The notes beneath the pieces were generated by a model. It did no database searches and had not been told where the DNA came from. It saw nothing but the letters and a program-made list of their open reading frames with translations. A stretch of 64,000 nucleotides of DNA from the human T2T-CHM13v2.0 reference genome, Homo sapiens: assembly GCF_009914755.1 (NCBI RefSeq), contig NC_060936.1; one strand, given 5' to 3'. Shown in pieces: positions 26,062 to 40,054 of this stretch (its first letter is position 1; each line of letters opens with the position of its first letter). The position numbers and the translations under genes are program-made.

Positions 26062-26901
26062 CTTAGGACCACCTCCAGTTGTTGCCAAAGTCCATCTAAA
26101 GCCACTCTTCCAGACAAGACATCTGAAACTTCCAAGCACCTGGCTGGCATCTTTACTTGGATTTTGCTACTACTTCCATCAAGGCTGGCGTGATGAGGCA
26201 GGAAAATGAGATCACTCAATGGCTATTTCCAGTGCCCTTCAATCACTAGGCAACTAGATGATTTGTTTTTTAAAATGCAGGTAAAATCAACATCTCCCCT
26301 TGGTTCACTGTATTTGGGGAGTGTACATAAATTGGACCTATGCTTGTAATGGTCTCTGAAGGGTCCTCCTGCAGTGGGATAACTCTATAGAGCTGTGGGG
26401 CACCTAAGCAAAAACCAGAGCTTTGAGGCCAGGAAATAAAAGCCTGTGCACTGACTGCAGATTAGGGGCAAGAGGCTGGGGGACTTTTTGAAAATGAGAT
26501 CTTTGACATTTCCATTTCACTCAGTCAAAAATTCCACAAGAATACCTTACTTAACAATATTTTTTGCATTAATCTTGCCAAGATCAGATTCCAAGAAGCA
26601 ATAAAGAATATTAAGTTAACTTTCATTTTAAATCAGGAAGTTTGTTAGGTTTGAGATCATAAACAAATTATCATCTTTGCCAAACTGAGATTGGCCCTAA
26701 GAGAGAACAGATTCATTCTCTCATTTGGAAGGCATGAGTCTTGTGTGGTTTCATGACCTTCATTCCATAACATTAAATGTGTTGTGTGAATGGTTCTAAA
26801 CTAGTTGCTCTAGACAAAAACAAAACAAAAATCTTGGTCCAAGTAAGAAAAAGTTGGGAATGGAAAGGAAAACTGATCTACTCATTTGATAAATATCTAT
26901 C

Positions 26902-27018
26902 GGCCAGGCGTGGTGGCTCACGCCTATAATTCCAGCTCTTTGGGAAGCCAAGATAGGAGGATCTCTTGAAGCCAGGATTCGAGACCAGCCTGGGCAGCAA
27001 AGCAAGACCCCATCTCTA
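26902..27018 (+). mobile_element. FLAM/AluJ left monomer
   Basis: ggccaggcgtggtggctcacgcc...gagaccagcctgggcagcaaagcaagaccccatctcta. Confidence 0.9.
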
Positions 27019-27041
27019 TCTCTCTCTCTCTCCATACATAT

Positions 27042-27112
<71 letters not shown>
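27019..27112. repeat. Compound microsatellite (TC)n-(CA)n-TTT-(GT)n
   Basis: Directly visible; CA and TG tracts are mutually inverted. Confidence 0.95.
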
Positions 27113-27113
<1 letters not shown>

Positions 27114-27134
27114 TTTAATCCTCAATGTACGCCA

Positions 27135-27400
27135 GGATGACAATGGGCTCAAAGTTCAGTTAGTAACAATGCTATAGCAAATTATTATTATATATGGTAC
27201 ATGGTGCACACAAGACATCTGGGAACACAGAGAATGCAGCAATACCTGGCGTGGGGAAAAGTCAAGAAAGGCTTTACGAAGAGGTAACCTTTGAGTTGCA
27301 ACTTAAAGAACAAATAGAAATATGCCAGGCAAAGATGGGGAAGAGAAAGCTACATTTCAGGAAAGGAACACGGGAAGAAAGGAAAGCACAAAGGAAGAAA
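27135..27400 (-). mobile_element. L2 fragment
   Basis: ctgggaacacagagaa...gtcaagaaaggcttt...gaggtaacctttgagttg. Confidence 0.6.
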
Positions 27401-28399
27401 GGGGCATTCCACACTAAGGGGCAAGCCTGAATACTGGCCCCATTTTTATTTTCAAGCCTGTCAGTCCTGCCAGTCCTTCCTGGCTCCCTTGAGCCTCTTC
27501 CAAATTTAGGCAACCAGTCCAAGCACATCATGTCCCTCTGGGTCACATCCCATTAAAACAAGGCTCCAAATGGGGTCCCACTAATAAAACCCCATAACCC
27601 TGCTAATCAAAACTGCTTATTTTACAAGCCCCAGCAACCCACAATATATGGGAATAGTGTTTGCTGTTTCCTGGAAAAGACCACGCACTGCTGCTGCAGA
27701 TAGCCAACTATCCATACGATGGTGACGCAAAACTTCCAGTGGGAGCTGGAGACCCTCTGGGTGGGCCGGCTGTATTGCGAAGTGCTGTGGTACTTAAATA
27801 AGAGGCACTAAATGACAGTTAATGTACAGAGAGAAATGTCAGGAGGCTAAAAGCAGCCATAAAGTACAGTCCAATAGAGTGACGCACAAGAAGGAAAAAG
27901 AGGACAGCAGTGACCAGGGTAAATGTGGACTAGCTGGAAAATTTCCTGGCATGCCATTGGATTCTTAAGATTGATCTTCTACGCCATGCTTAAGGAGACC
28001 AAGTTTTAAGGAGGTACACTTACCCCAAAGTACAGAAGGAAGTTAGAACATTCACAGAAAACGATATAATATCACTGATAGGTATAAAGTCAAAACCAGC
28101 CTATAATTTTTGGATGAAAAACATTTGTTCCATTATTGTGGGAATATCTCACTTTAAGTGGCAATTTCAAAATATGCAACAGTGTTCTTTTTTTCTTTTT
28201 TATTATACTATATGCTAGAAAAATATCAGATTTTTGGTAGAGTTTTTGTTTTTGTTTTTGTTTTTAATCCTCTGATAAATTAGGTCACCTCACCAGGCTC
28301 TTTGGACATATTGGGTGGATTTTCTCAAATAAAGGCATCACAGTGGTCAGCTGGCAATATCAATGATAGAATTCAGGTCCCCAGAAACTGGAACCAAGT

Positions 28400-28815
28400 A
28401 GGGCAGCACTGTGAAAAAAGCCCTGGACTTGGCATCAGACATCCATCAGATTTAGCTTTCAGTACCAGTTCCACCCTTTTCTCCCTAAGTGCATTTAAAG
28501 ATACAAGTCTCTTAACTCCTCTGGACCTTAATTTTCTAACCTGTAAAATGGGAATAGTAATACCTCACAAGATTTCTGCAAAGATTAACATAATGATGTG
28601 AGTGAAAGTTAGCCAGACTTGTGGCACATGCCTGCAGTCCTAAATACTCAGGAGACTGAGGCAGGAGGATAACTTGGGCCCAGGAATTTGAGGCTGTAGC
28701 AAGCTATGACTGCACCACTGTACTCCAGCCTGGATCACATAGCAAGACCCTGTCTCAAAAAAAGAAAAGGATACGGAAAATAGTCAGTACTCAACAAATC
28801 TTAGTTCAATTGAAT
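28400..28815 (+). mobile_element. MIR interrupted by FRAM
   Basis: aaaagccctggactt...cttaattttctaacctgtaaaatgggaatagtaatacct...tactcaacaaatcttag. Confidence 0.7.
28609..28768 (+). mobile_element. FRAM/AluJ right monomer
   Basis: ttagccagacttgtggcacatgcctg...gaggctgtagcaagctatgactgcaccactg...accctgtctcaaaa. Confidence 0.9.
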
Positions 28816-30217
28816 TTGACAACCAAATACCATGCATTTATGCATTAATAAGAGTTTGATGTTCTGAAATCTGGACATGTTAAAAAAATGGCCACATGGC
28901 AATTGAAAATCCCTTTTTTCTGACCCCTTGCCTAATTATCAGTCACAAATAGCAGCAACCAACCCCAGTTCCCTTTCATTTTCAATGCACGCTCTGCAAT
29001 TAGACATTGGTTAGGAGAAAAGAAAATGTATTAAAGGGATGGTTATTTGCTTCCTCTCCTAAAATCCTGTGGATGATTGATTCATAAACTACACATTATG
29101 AAGTTGAGGTCTCTTTTTTATACAGTAGTTGTAGTTTCAAAAATGAATGGCTTTATCAAAACAAAGCTGAAAATGGATTTCTTAGTCCCTCCCTTCTGTG
29201 ATGTCTTTTTGGAACAATTAGCTTGAAAGTCAGCTTTCTTTGTCTAGGATCCTTCTCAATCTTTCCACCCACTCAAAACTATTAGCAGTTCAACTAACTT
29301 ATTTTCATTTACTTCATGTATTTAATACCTATCTTGTTCTCAAAAAGAAAAAAATAGAGACTTCTAACTCCAGCTAAGAATAGAGATTCACACCCCTTTC
29401 TGGGAAATTCCCACAGTGGGCCTGAGTTTCTTTTCCTCCACATGCAAATTCCAAAAGCTCTACATTTATCTGCCTGATTTCAATAGTTAGCATGCATATA
29501 ACCAAACCTTCCCACAAATATGCACACGGACCTAACCTCCTTTAACCTCCAGTCTTCTGAGTTAGAGTGTGTATGTTCAAAGTTTGGTTCTTAGAGACCT
29601 TCTGAATCTAGTTTATACTTTATGGTTCTAGGAGTCCCCACATATCATGTACGTAAAAAGCCAAAAAAGTCAAGTTAGGGATTAAAAACTCCTATTCTTC
29701 AAATATTCTATTATAATGATTCCAGTGAAACACCCACATAAATTGAATCATTTGTTTCTCTCACAACTTTTCTAAAATTCAAACTCTTTTCTAAACTAAC
29801 ATTCCCTAATATGTACTTTTGGAATGACCTCAACGTTCTAGAAATAGTGGCCTGTATGACATGAAAGATTCCAGGTAGAGACAATATGGCTTTTTGTTTT
29901 TTTCTTAAGGGCTTAATAATATCTCTAAAAATAACAAATGCCACGTGATGCAGTCTTTTAAGACCGTGCATCAACTTAAACTAAGTCTTTGGGTTTACTA
30001 GTGGAAAATGACAGTATCCATTTATAAGAAGGTAGGGAAGCATCCAAATGAACCCTATAAAGCTGTTGGCCAAGATCTTGCTTGAAAATTGGAAGCTGAT
30101 GCGGGGATCGTCTCCCTGGAAAGGGTCCATGGCCCTCCATTCTGAACACTGATGGGAATGTGGGAGCTCAGGAACTCAAAAAAAAAGCAGACATTCTTGG
30201 GGTCATATCAGAATCAC

Positions 30218-30298
30218 CTTGAAAATGAGAGCAACAACGATGCAGATGAACTGGCTGGAGCATTTGACGCCCTTTACCACAGGAGGAAGATCACATTC
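30218..30298 (-). other. Candidate 81-nt exon (ECDLPPVVKGVKCSSQFICIVVALIFK, phase 0-0), unverified
   Basis: tattcctctgcag|GAATG...TTCAAG|gtgatt; single open frame. Confidence 0.15.
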
Positions 30299-30468
30299 CT
30301 GCAGAGGAATACACCACAAAGCCTTGCCATCAATTCAGATTTTCTCCCTTCTGTCTTCCCTAAAGAGCTTATCTCTGAAGAGGCCTAGGGTGGTAAAAAG
30401 CCCTCAGAGGAATTCAGTCACAATCCTGGGACTAAGAGCCCGCCTCCTCACTGAAAAAAAGGAATTAG

Positions 30469-30602
30469 AGCTGGGTGTGGTGGCTTACACCTGTAATCCC
30501 AACTACTCAGGAGGCTGAGGCAGGAGGATCGCTTGAGCCCAGGAGTTTGAGGCCAGCCTGGGTAACACAGCAAGACCCTATCTCAAGAAAAAAAAAAAAA
30601 AA
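30469..30602 (+). mobile_element. FLAM monomer
   Basis: gctgggtgtggtggcttacacctgtaatcc...gaggccagcctgggtaacacagcaagaccc plus poly-A. Confidence 0.9.
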
Positions 30603-30819
30603 CGGGGATTGGGAGAACTAGGAGGGTGGAGAGTAGGAGGTGAAGTGAAAAAATGAGAGTCAACAGAATTAAATTTCCCCAACTCACTTACGCTTCTCAC
30701 AGAAGCATCATTCATTGGTACTTTAACTTCTCAAGGAAAAAATTCAAAGGAATAGAATGGAAGTAGGGAAAAGATGGGATAAGACTGCTTTATCCTAGGC
30801 AAAAACATCATTTTGTAAC

Positions 30820-31267
30820 TGTGCAGGATATTGTTTGTTGATCCTTAGCACCATTCTCACATCTCTAAGCTCTCTTTTGCATTCCAGGTTTATGAAGCCT
30901 AGAAACTTCCTTCCTTTCCTGGATGTTTTTGCTAACAAGTTCCTGGTTAGATCCCAGCAGTGAGAGGCTCCAGAATGAGGTGGGGAAGGTGGAAGAGAAA
31001 AAGAAGCTGCTATGCTCCAGGTGCACCTGGAAGACGTCACTTTGATGTTGGCCTGTGGCAAAGGTACAGTTTTGCCGGTGACATCAGGCATCTCCTGAGA
31101 ATCACCCACTTGCCTCACTGTAGCCCTTCGCTTACATTTTTCCCAAATGAAGCTTTCCTGTTCTTCACTCCTCCAGCCTTCTAAAGATTGTGTAAACCTT
31201 GAATTCCCTGTATTAAATTTCCTCTTCAAAATACCCAAGGTGGCTTCTGTGAATCCTGACTAATACA
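30820..31267 (+). mobile_element. Solo ERVL LTR (LTR33-like)
   Basis: Starts tgtgcaggatatt; ends ttccctgtattaaat...cctgactaataca (TG...CA termini). Confidence 0.75.
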
Positions 31268-31466
31268 TTAGTCTGCCCCATGGTTCTCAAGTTGCAGGAT
31301 TTGTACCAATCCTAACGGCACCAAGGATATGTAAAACCCTAACAAAGCACAGTACGTATTCTTGAGCCATTTTACTCAATAGTAGGTAATTTTGGAAATT
31401 TATTTTTATATTGAAATAATCACTGAAACATCATAGGGAAAGGGCATATTAAAATAAAGTTTTAGG

Positions 31467-31778
<312 letters not shown>

Positions 31779-32099
31779 GTTTCAGGACAAAATATAAAAG
31801 CTAAGAGAAAATAACTCTTGCAGAAGGCTACTTTACCTTGCAGTCTCAACCTGAAGGATGAGCTTCCACCCTCCTCTGTAATTTCGAGTATCTTGATGGA
31901 AGAGTTTGCAACACACTGCACATCTTTCTCTCTATATGTCTATCTAAGTTTCTCTTGTGTTCCCTAAGAAGGGATTTCAGATGGTACAGCAGTATTGGGG
32001 AGGTTGAAAGTCTGTACATTCTCTGTGAACAGCAAGTCAGGTTCAATGAAGTCAGAGTTTCCATATAAATCTTTTCTTAGCCTACTGGGATGCCAGATC

Positions 32100-32490
32100 C
32101 TTGGTGGCAGGGAAGACACCATGTCTAATGAGCTTTGTGCCCAGCACTGTGCATCTCCAACAGTCCCTGGCCCACAGTAGGCATGCGATAGATATATTAT
32201 TCCCTGAATTGAAGAATCAGTGGATAGATGGATAGGCAGATAAGTATGTACCAAGCACAAGTGGCAACAGAGGTTAAATGATAAGAAATATATATTGTTA
32301 AATATGCAACCTTGACCAAGTTATTTTGCCTCTAAGCCTTAGGTTCTGTATCAGGAAAATGAGTGTTATTATACCTATTTCTCAGGATTGTTAGGGTTGG
32401 AACGAAGGTTTGAGAGGTGGCACAAGCAAAGTACCTAGTAAGGTGTCTAGCACACAGTAAGCTCTCCTATATAATATTTATCATTATCAA
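32100..32490 (+). mobile_element. L2 3' end followed by MIR
   Basis: cagtccctggcccacagtaggc...tgaattgaagaa; accttgaccaagttattt...tctagcacacagtaagctctc. Confidence 0.6.
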
Positions 32491-32759
32491 TTTTTACTGG
32501 ATTTGAGTAGTGTAAAATATGCTTAGGTTAAACAAGTAGACTGAATCTAATTCAATCTTTCCTCAATGGTTCAGAGAGCACTAAAGTGCTTCAGCAGATC
32601 ATTTGAGACATGGTGTCTCCAGTTCATTAGCCAGAGTGGCAGATAGCAGGGTGCCCTGGGTGTCTGAGCTCAAACCCCCGCTTCCACAATGGAAGGTGGA
32701 GAGAAAAAAACTAGCTCATGTTTTGGCCACATGGCAGTCTTCCAAACTGAATTGTTATT

Positions 32760-33960
32760 TGGGTTAGGATTACAAGATTAGTAGAGAGGAGCACACAGTC
32801 AATGAAATAATACATTTTGACTCCAGAAAAGAGACTGATACAGCAGCACATGAAATTTCAAATGGGCAAGACTGTAAAACTCATCACAGAGGCTAAAGTC
32901 TGACTAAAGGCAAATGAATAATTATCAACGATAATGTACACAGGCAGAGGAATGCCTGGTGGGGAGCCTGTGGCACCCGTGGTAAGTCCGGTTTTATTTA
33001 ACATCTTAGTTAATGATCTGGAAAAGAGACAAACAAAAAACTAAAGAGAGATGATGAAGTGGATATCTGTTGGCTTTGCCTGCTGGGCACCTGATCTCCT
33101 ACTGGTGGTAACAGCACCAAAACTGTGCTTTGGGAAACAACGCCTCCTCCAGTGGATAAAATCTCCATGGAATTGTCAAACAACATGCCCCAACCTCCCT
33201 TCTAAAAGATGGGCAAGTGACCTATGCTGGGCCAAAAGGATGCTCTCTTCCTGGAATTCTAATCTTAAGCACAATATCACAAAGACTTTTTGATACAAAG
33301 ACATTAAACCATCTAGCATCACTTATTCCAGTAGCATATCTCTGAGGAAAAAAAATAAAAAACTATTAATTCCTGCTACCTACATCCTTGGAAGCACCTG
33401 GCATTTTTCCTTTCCTTTTTCTTTAAATCTAATATACTTCTTTTTTTTTCCTGAAATTAGGCAATGTTATTTTATATGAGCTGCAAAAAAGGCCCAAATA
33501 ATGGAGATACAGCTTCTACTAAATCTAGGGTATGCATTCTGTTTATCTGATCGTTCAGCAATTCTCAAAATATTTTTCAGACATTAGTGTAAGAAACACC
33601 ACAATAGATAAAGCAGTCTATTTTAAAATCACATTGTTTAGATTCAACTTGGAAACAATTCACACTGACATTTTTTCTGGAAAAAAAGAAATGTATTCTA
33701 ATATTCACACATAACGGAACAAATCACCTAACCTTAGAACTAAGGTGAAGGCAGAGAATCAGACATGAAATTGCAATGAGATGAGGCACTTTTAAATACC
33801 ATTAAAGTTCTATATTGCATAAAGTACAACACATCAGACATTAGCAAAATACATCCATGGTAAATGACCTCTATGGTACATTGTCTGAGTTATTAAGTAC
33901 ATATTTTCTTTAAAGAGAGAGAGTAGGCAGAGAATAAATCCAAGGGAGTTTAGAGACGTT
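32760..33960 (+). mobile_element. CR1/L3 RT-region fossil interrupted by a MaLR LTR
   Basis: 32988 translates PVLFNILVNDLE (CR1 RT motif P.LFNIFINDL); upstream degenerate GVPQG and LDF motifs; downstream extent uncertain. Confidence 0.6.
33060..33490 (+). mobile_element. Old MaLR/ERVL LTR (MLT1-type)
   Basis: ttgcctgctgggcacc...ggtaacagcacc...gggcaagtgacctatgctgggccaa...ctcttcctggaatt. Confidence 0.5.
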
Positions 33961-34580
33961 TACTAAAAGTGAATCAGGTTATCCAGGGTAAAGGGATGAA
34001 TGTTCACAATACACTTGCTGTTTTCCAACAGCCCTGCTCTCTTGGGTAGAAAGCATGGAGGGATGCCGCCATCTTTGCTTGGGGCTAAAAGAAGCTCCTT
34101 GTTTAAGGGCCATATTTGCTGATTACAGAAAATTTAGCCACTGTGGACCAAAAGAGGAAATAAAGTCTAAGGGTGAAGCCAGTCTACCCTCAGCCCAAAT
34201 GGATGTTTCTACCATTGAACAAACACCCTACACTGTCTCCATGACAACTCACCTACATTGCTTTTGGGCCAGAATAAGAAAGCTACTCCAACAATAACTA
34301 ACAAGGCCACTCTCTTGTAAGGAGAATTTGAAAAGGAAGGATGAATATTTTCTTCTCAGTTTTGGAGAGAATGAAGATTCATTTCTTACCCTATAAAAAA
34401 CAGAGAATCTTACTCTTATTGTTCTTTCTTCCCAGAATCTATAACCTGTGCCTCTGGGGGGACTAGTCAGTGCCACATTCTGGTTGGTGCTTTAAAAAGA
34501 CCCGAGGCATACACTGCACACAGCATGTAAAAGCGGTACACAGTAATAGGTATATTGTATATGGATAAGATATCTAGGAT

Positions 34581-35067
34581 AGTATCAGTCAGGGTCCCAA
34601 CATAAAACAGATGGCAACTCCAAATGGGAAGATAGAGGAGAGTTTAATGAAGGGACTATTTTAAAAGGTGTGGGCAGAGTCTAAGGGAACCAACAAGGAC
34701 TGGTGAAATGCCCAGGCTCTGACAACTGTGAGAGCTATTATCATCCCTGCTCCCCCAAAGAAGAAAGGTGAGGGAGCTGCTAATAGAACCCAGCAGGAGC
34801 TGGACGTGTAGGAGTGGCCACCCTACAGGAGCTCTGGCTTTTGGGAGAAGAAGGCAGGGATTCTCAACCCACAGCACAGCAGGGATAGAGGGAGCTGGGG
34901 AAAGGGCCATCTAACCTCACCCTCCTGACTGCTCTCTCCTGGCCAATGCTAACCAGATCCTTAGGAAATCCACTGATCCTGTCTACAGGGTTCAGTCTCA
35001 TCACGGTCAAAGCAGAGTGAGAAGAATGGGAAGAGGATCTAGAAGAGCAAAAAGAGGAATATCTGTA
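34581..35067 (-). mobile_element. Solo ERVL LTR (LTR41-like)
   Basis: gtatcagtcagggtcccaac...aacagatggca...gagagtttaatgaagggactattt...ggatctagaagagcaaa...gaatatct. Confidence 0.75.
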
Positions 35068-36680
35068 TCTTCACTGATATCTATATCTATATTTCTCACA
35101 CCATGGCAACTTTTCACGTATTCCTCCAAAGTGTGTAATTTTTTAACCCTTCTATTTCTGTGTGAGATCTCCTTATCCTCTCTAAATGGTAATCTGCATT
35201 TTATTTAAATTTCACAGTTTTACACCCTAGAGCATAGGGTGCAAAAGTGGTATTTTCCTATTTCCCACTATCCATGCCCAGTCACAGACATGGACAAAAC
35301 CTTCCTTAAGGCTATAATCATGAAATAAAAATGAAGGCAATGGTAGAAATGCTAACTGTCCTCCAAAACCTCAAAGGACAAAGAAAATCTGTGCTTTAAC
35401 AATACATAAAAACCAGAATCCAGGTATCATTTAATGCACACCTGAAACGAAAACCTACACTAAGAGGACAATGAAAAACAATGGCTGAAGCGCCAGTGTT
35501 GCCTTTGACTATGGCACTGACCTCCACTTAGCCTGACTTCACCTTAGAAACAGCCCTCAGCAGCTCCCAGTCTTTGACTATAGGCAAAGTCCAAGGCTTC
35601 CTATAAAAACTTGACCCACGACCCTGGTTTCTGCAAAATCCTATTTTACGAAGCATAACAGAGCAGGAATAACAGGAAGAAATTAAGGAGTAATTTAGGA
35701 ATGTGATGTTAGAAGAGACTCCAACAAAAGGAGAGCTGTTATGTCACAAAAGGACTGCAAAAGAAAGTAGGACAGCTGTCATTTTTGAGATGTTTACTGA
35801 CAGAATCTTCAAAGCACAGCTTCTTTTTCTGATTTCCACCATTTTGAAAAGAAACATGTTTATGGCTCAGCAGGTCAGACCAGCACTTCTTACACTTTAT
35901 CTCTCCCTGGACAGTGGCACCAGATGCTTTATGATCAAGCTGAATTCACCATCACCTATGGCATTAGCCTCACACTTAAGGAAGGACCCCCGAAACACCC
36001 CGCACTTCCCTAACAGCCTTAAAACTAACCAAGCCCAATAGTCACCTTACTCCACCTTTCATTCCTGGCTATTAAAATTCAAGCATTTCAAAGCTATTGA
36101 AGCTATTAATAGTGCAATTTTGATGAGCTAGTTCAAAGTCAGCACTAATGACCTGTTGATGATTTTAATGGTTTTTACAATAAGTACTGCGAATGACCTA
36201 TTGTTAAAATACAGAGTGACGGGCTTTTACATTAATCCATTAACTCTTCTTTTCTCGTCATTCTTTCCAGACTAAACTATTTTCCTCCGTTCAATTTGAA
36301 GAGTTCATAGATAAAGAAAACTAAAGTACACAGAAAGAATACGTTTTAGCAACTGACAATCAGAGGAGGCAATGGAACGGGGCAAGAATATGCCAGATCT
36401 GAAGTAAAGGCCAAGTCCTGTGTGTATGAAACTGTGGGTTAGAGAGGGAATAAATCCATCTGGGGCACACTTAGACCAAGGAGAAGAAAGGGAAATGGTG
36501 CAAATTGAGAAGGCAGAAAATGAGAAGGTGTCGGAGATGGACAGAATGACCAGGCCAGGGAACTACTAGAATCCAGAATCTTTAAAAAGCCACTCCAGCT
36601 TCAGCAACACACACCCAATGACAAAAAGCAACATCTATCCCCCGTTCGTCACTTCCAGGTTCACTGCTCTTGTTCTGTAC

Positions 36681-36740
36681 CTTATTGAATCTCGGGGCTA
36701 TCGACCCTTGCCTGGTGTGTATCCTTAAGCCCATCCACAC
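36681..36740 (-). other. Candidate 60-nt exon (VWMGLRIHTRQGSIAPRFNK, phase 0-0), unverified
   Basis: cattgtttag|GTGTGG...AATAAG|gtacag. Confidence 0.12.
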
Positions 36741-37023
36741 CTAAACAATGTGCATTGCTTTCCTCCCGGGAGCAGAAGCAGCTACTCTCCTGATTGGTTT
36801 TATCCTTCTCCAGTTGACAGCATGTGCTCAGAGACCACCTTGTACGATAACCCTCCTTCCCCAGTTTCTCCAGCATCATCCTGCCCCATGGATGGAACCT
36901 GGATGAGAGCTGAGAAGGATGTCCAACAATTATAGAAGGAGCAGAGTGAGTCTACAAATGAGCAAAGTCAAGGACTTTACCACCTGCCTGGCTCTGCCTG
37001 CATTTTTAAAAAGACAAATTTGT

Positions 37024-37348
<325 letters not shown>

Positions 37349-37707
37349 TTAAGGGGATGTAAATGTGTATGGAAATTCAGGAACCAGGATACATGGCTGA
37401 GAGCATTTGAGTGAAAGATAAAATAAGACAGATAATAATATCACTGTAAGAGCAGAGACCACCCAACATCTCAGCCTGAAAGAGGATATTGAAAATATTT
37501 ACTGAAAGAAATCACAAAACTGGCAGAAAGGCAAGATATGATAGCGATACAAGATTTCAAGTATTTAGACATGCTAGAAGTTTAATTCTTTTAAAACAGG
37601 GCATCTGATTTTTCCTTCTAACAGCAGTATTTCCCTGGAGGTTAAGAAATCTTTGAGAAGAGCTGCTATCGGGGGTTTAATTTTCCACCTCAAGGAAGCC
37701 TTAGTAA

Positions 37708-37936
37708 CAGGCTAGAAATGTTTTTTTCTGTAAAGTGACAGATAGTAAATATTTTACACTTTGTGGGCCATATGGTCTCTGCCTCTGTCATAGCTATTCG
37801 ACTTTGCCCTTGTAGTGCAAAAGCAGCCATAGACACTACTAAACAAGCAGATGTGGCTGTGTTCCAATAAAACTTTATTTATAAAAACAAATAGCAGACC
37901 AGATTTGGCCTACAGACTGTAGTTTGCCAACCCCTG
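37708..37936. mobile_element. MER58A (hAT-Charlie)
   Basis: ttttctgtaaag...cagatagtaaatatttta...gtggctgtgttccaataaaactttattt...gtagtttgccaacccctg. Confidence 0.9.
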
Positions 37937-38011
37937 CCCTAGATGGTTATATGGAACTAACGATGTCCCAGTGAGAAAATGACCACACCCTACCAGTGTT
38001 TATATTAGCTA

Positions 38012-38351
<340 letters not shown>

Positions 38352-38391
38352 TATGCTGTGGAAAGGATGATAAAGAAAATAAAAAGTTGGA

Positions 38392-38684
38392 GGCCAGGCG
38401 CAGTGGCACAACCTGTAATCCCGGTACTTTGGGAGGCTGAGGCGGGTGGATCACTTGAGGTCAGGAGTTTGAGACCAGCCTGGCCAACATGGTGAAACCC
38501 TGTCCCTACTAAAAATAGAAAAATTTGCCAGGCGTGGTGGCACGCACCTGCAATCCCAGCTACTTGGGAGGCTGAGGCAGGTTGAACCCAGGAGGTAGAG
38601 GTTGTGATGAGCTGAGATTGCGCCATTACACTCCAGCCTGGGTGACAGAGCAAGACTTCATCTCAAAAAAAAAAAAAAAAGAAA
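38392..38684 (+). mobile_element. AluS (Sx/Sz-like) with a small internal deletion
   Basis: Alu dimer; gctgaggcag joined directly to gttgaaccc (gagaatc segment missing). Confidence 0.95.
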
Positions 38685-39249
38685 GAATGAATTTGAGTCT
38701 ATGGACACATCTAAAAGGGCAATGTGATTTAAAAGAGATTCACTGCTTTAAATTATTTCATTCTGGCTGTATAATAGATAACAATTCTAATTCAGAAGAT
38801 ATTTAAAGGAGATAATATGGTTACCTAAAAAGTTCTGTGATGAAATCAGATTATGTAACAAAATATACAGAAGATGAGGATGCACTCATAATATATAAAA
38901 ACAGAACAGTTATAAAAGTATAAGGATAAACTTGTAAGAAAAGTGGCTAAAGCTTAGAAAAAATGGTAAAAGACTTGTTAAAGCTATGTTCAAAAGAAAG
39001 TGATCCAGGAAGTGATAGAAACAGTTTTGTGTGATGATGGAAGGTTACACGATGACAAAGAGAAGGCAGAGGTATTCAACTTTTATCTTGCTTTTTATAT
39101 CTTCCACAAAGGAAAATGATCTTCAAACTGCAAAGGGTAAGGCAAACATGGTTTAAGATAAAACTGAAACCCTATATGGGAAAAGAAATAGTTAAAAAGT
39201 AGTCAGTCACTTAAACATACACATCAGGTACTGTCCCAGGACAATGACA

Positions 39250-39500
39250 ATAACTTAACAACAATGGCTAGTGTTTACTGAGTTCTTAAGAGATGCCAGG
39301 CATTGTGCTAAATACTTAATAAGCATTAACTAATTTAGTCCCCACAACAATATTATGTAGTATGTATTATGATTTTTCCCATTTTATGGATGAATAACTA
39401 AAATATTAAGAAACATGTTCAAATTCCCAGTTAGTAAGTATAGAGCTAGGTCCTGAATTCAGTGTGTCTAGCACATAAGTCTTGCTTTTATAGATACTTA
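39250..39500 (-). mobile_element. MIR inside L3
   Basis: gtgtttactgag...tgccaggcattgtgctaaatactt...cccattttatggatga. Confidence 0.75.
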
Positions 39501-40054
39501 AATAACCTGAAGATTTGTTCAAGAATCATTATCAATAATCCTTAAGAAATTATGCAGAATAAAAAGATACCTAAATGGGAGACCGGCATGGGTTGTTATT
39601 TTTAAGACAAACAAAAAAACAGTGAAATCCATAAAATATGACCAGTTCTAACTTGCATAGATTCACAGAAAAGCTCTAAACCAAACCGTTAAGCAAATAG
39701 TGCTGTTGCTTTAAAAAAATACAGTATGTGATCACCAGGAATCAGCATAGATTCATTACCAGTCCATTTCTGCACTAGCCCTGCCCAGCTGCCAGTAATA
39801 ATAACCCTAACAACATAGTCTCAGCCCAGATCCAATCCTGAGTTTGGGAAAGGCAGGTCTTACGTTATGCTAAAGAAGATTTCCATTAGTGCTGGATATC
39901 TGCAAACTGTCTTCTGCTGTATACCTGCTGTTACTACGCTAGGCCTGAACAAAGCCCTGAGTGTCTAATGGAGCATCCAGCTTTCCTCTATCCTGTCACC
40001 TGTGAACAACAGCCTGCCATAATGAGCTGCCTAGGTCCAATTTCCAAACTCCAT

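Noticed and set aside
26796-27152. HT/CV-repeat ORFs here and at 43194 and 51173
   Set aside because: Translation of CA/TG microsatellites
30795-31238. Longest ORF in the track (147 aa)
   Set aside because: Lies almost entirely within an LTR33-like solo LTR; no domain; non-ATG start
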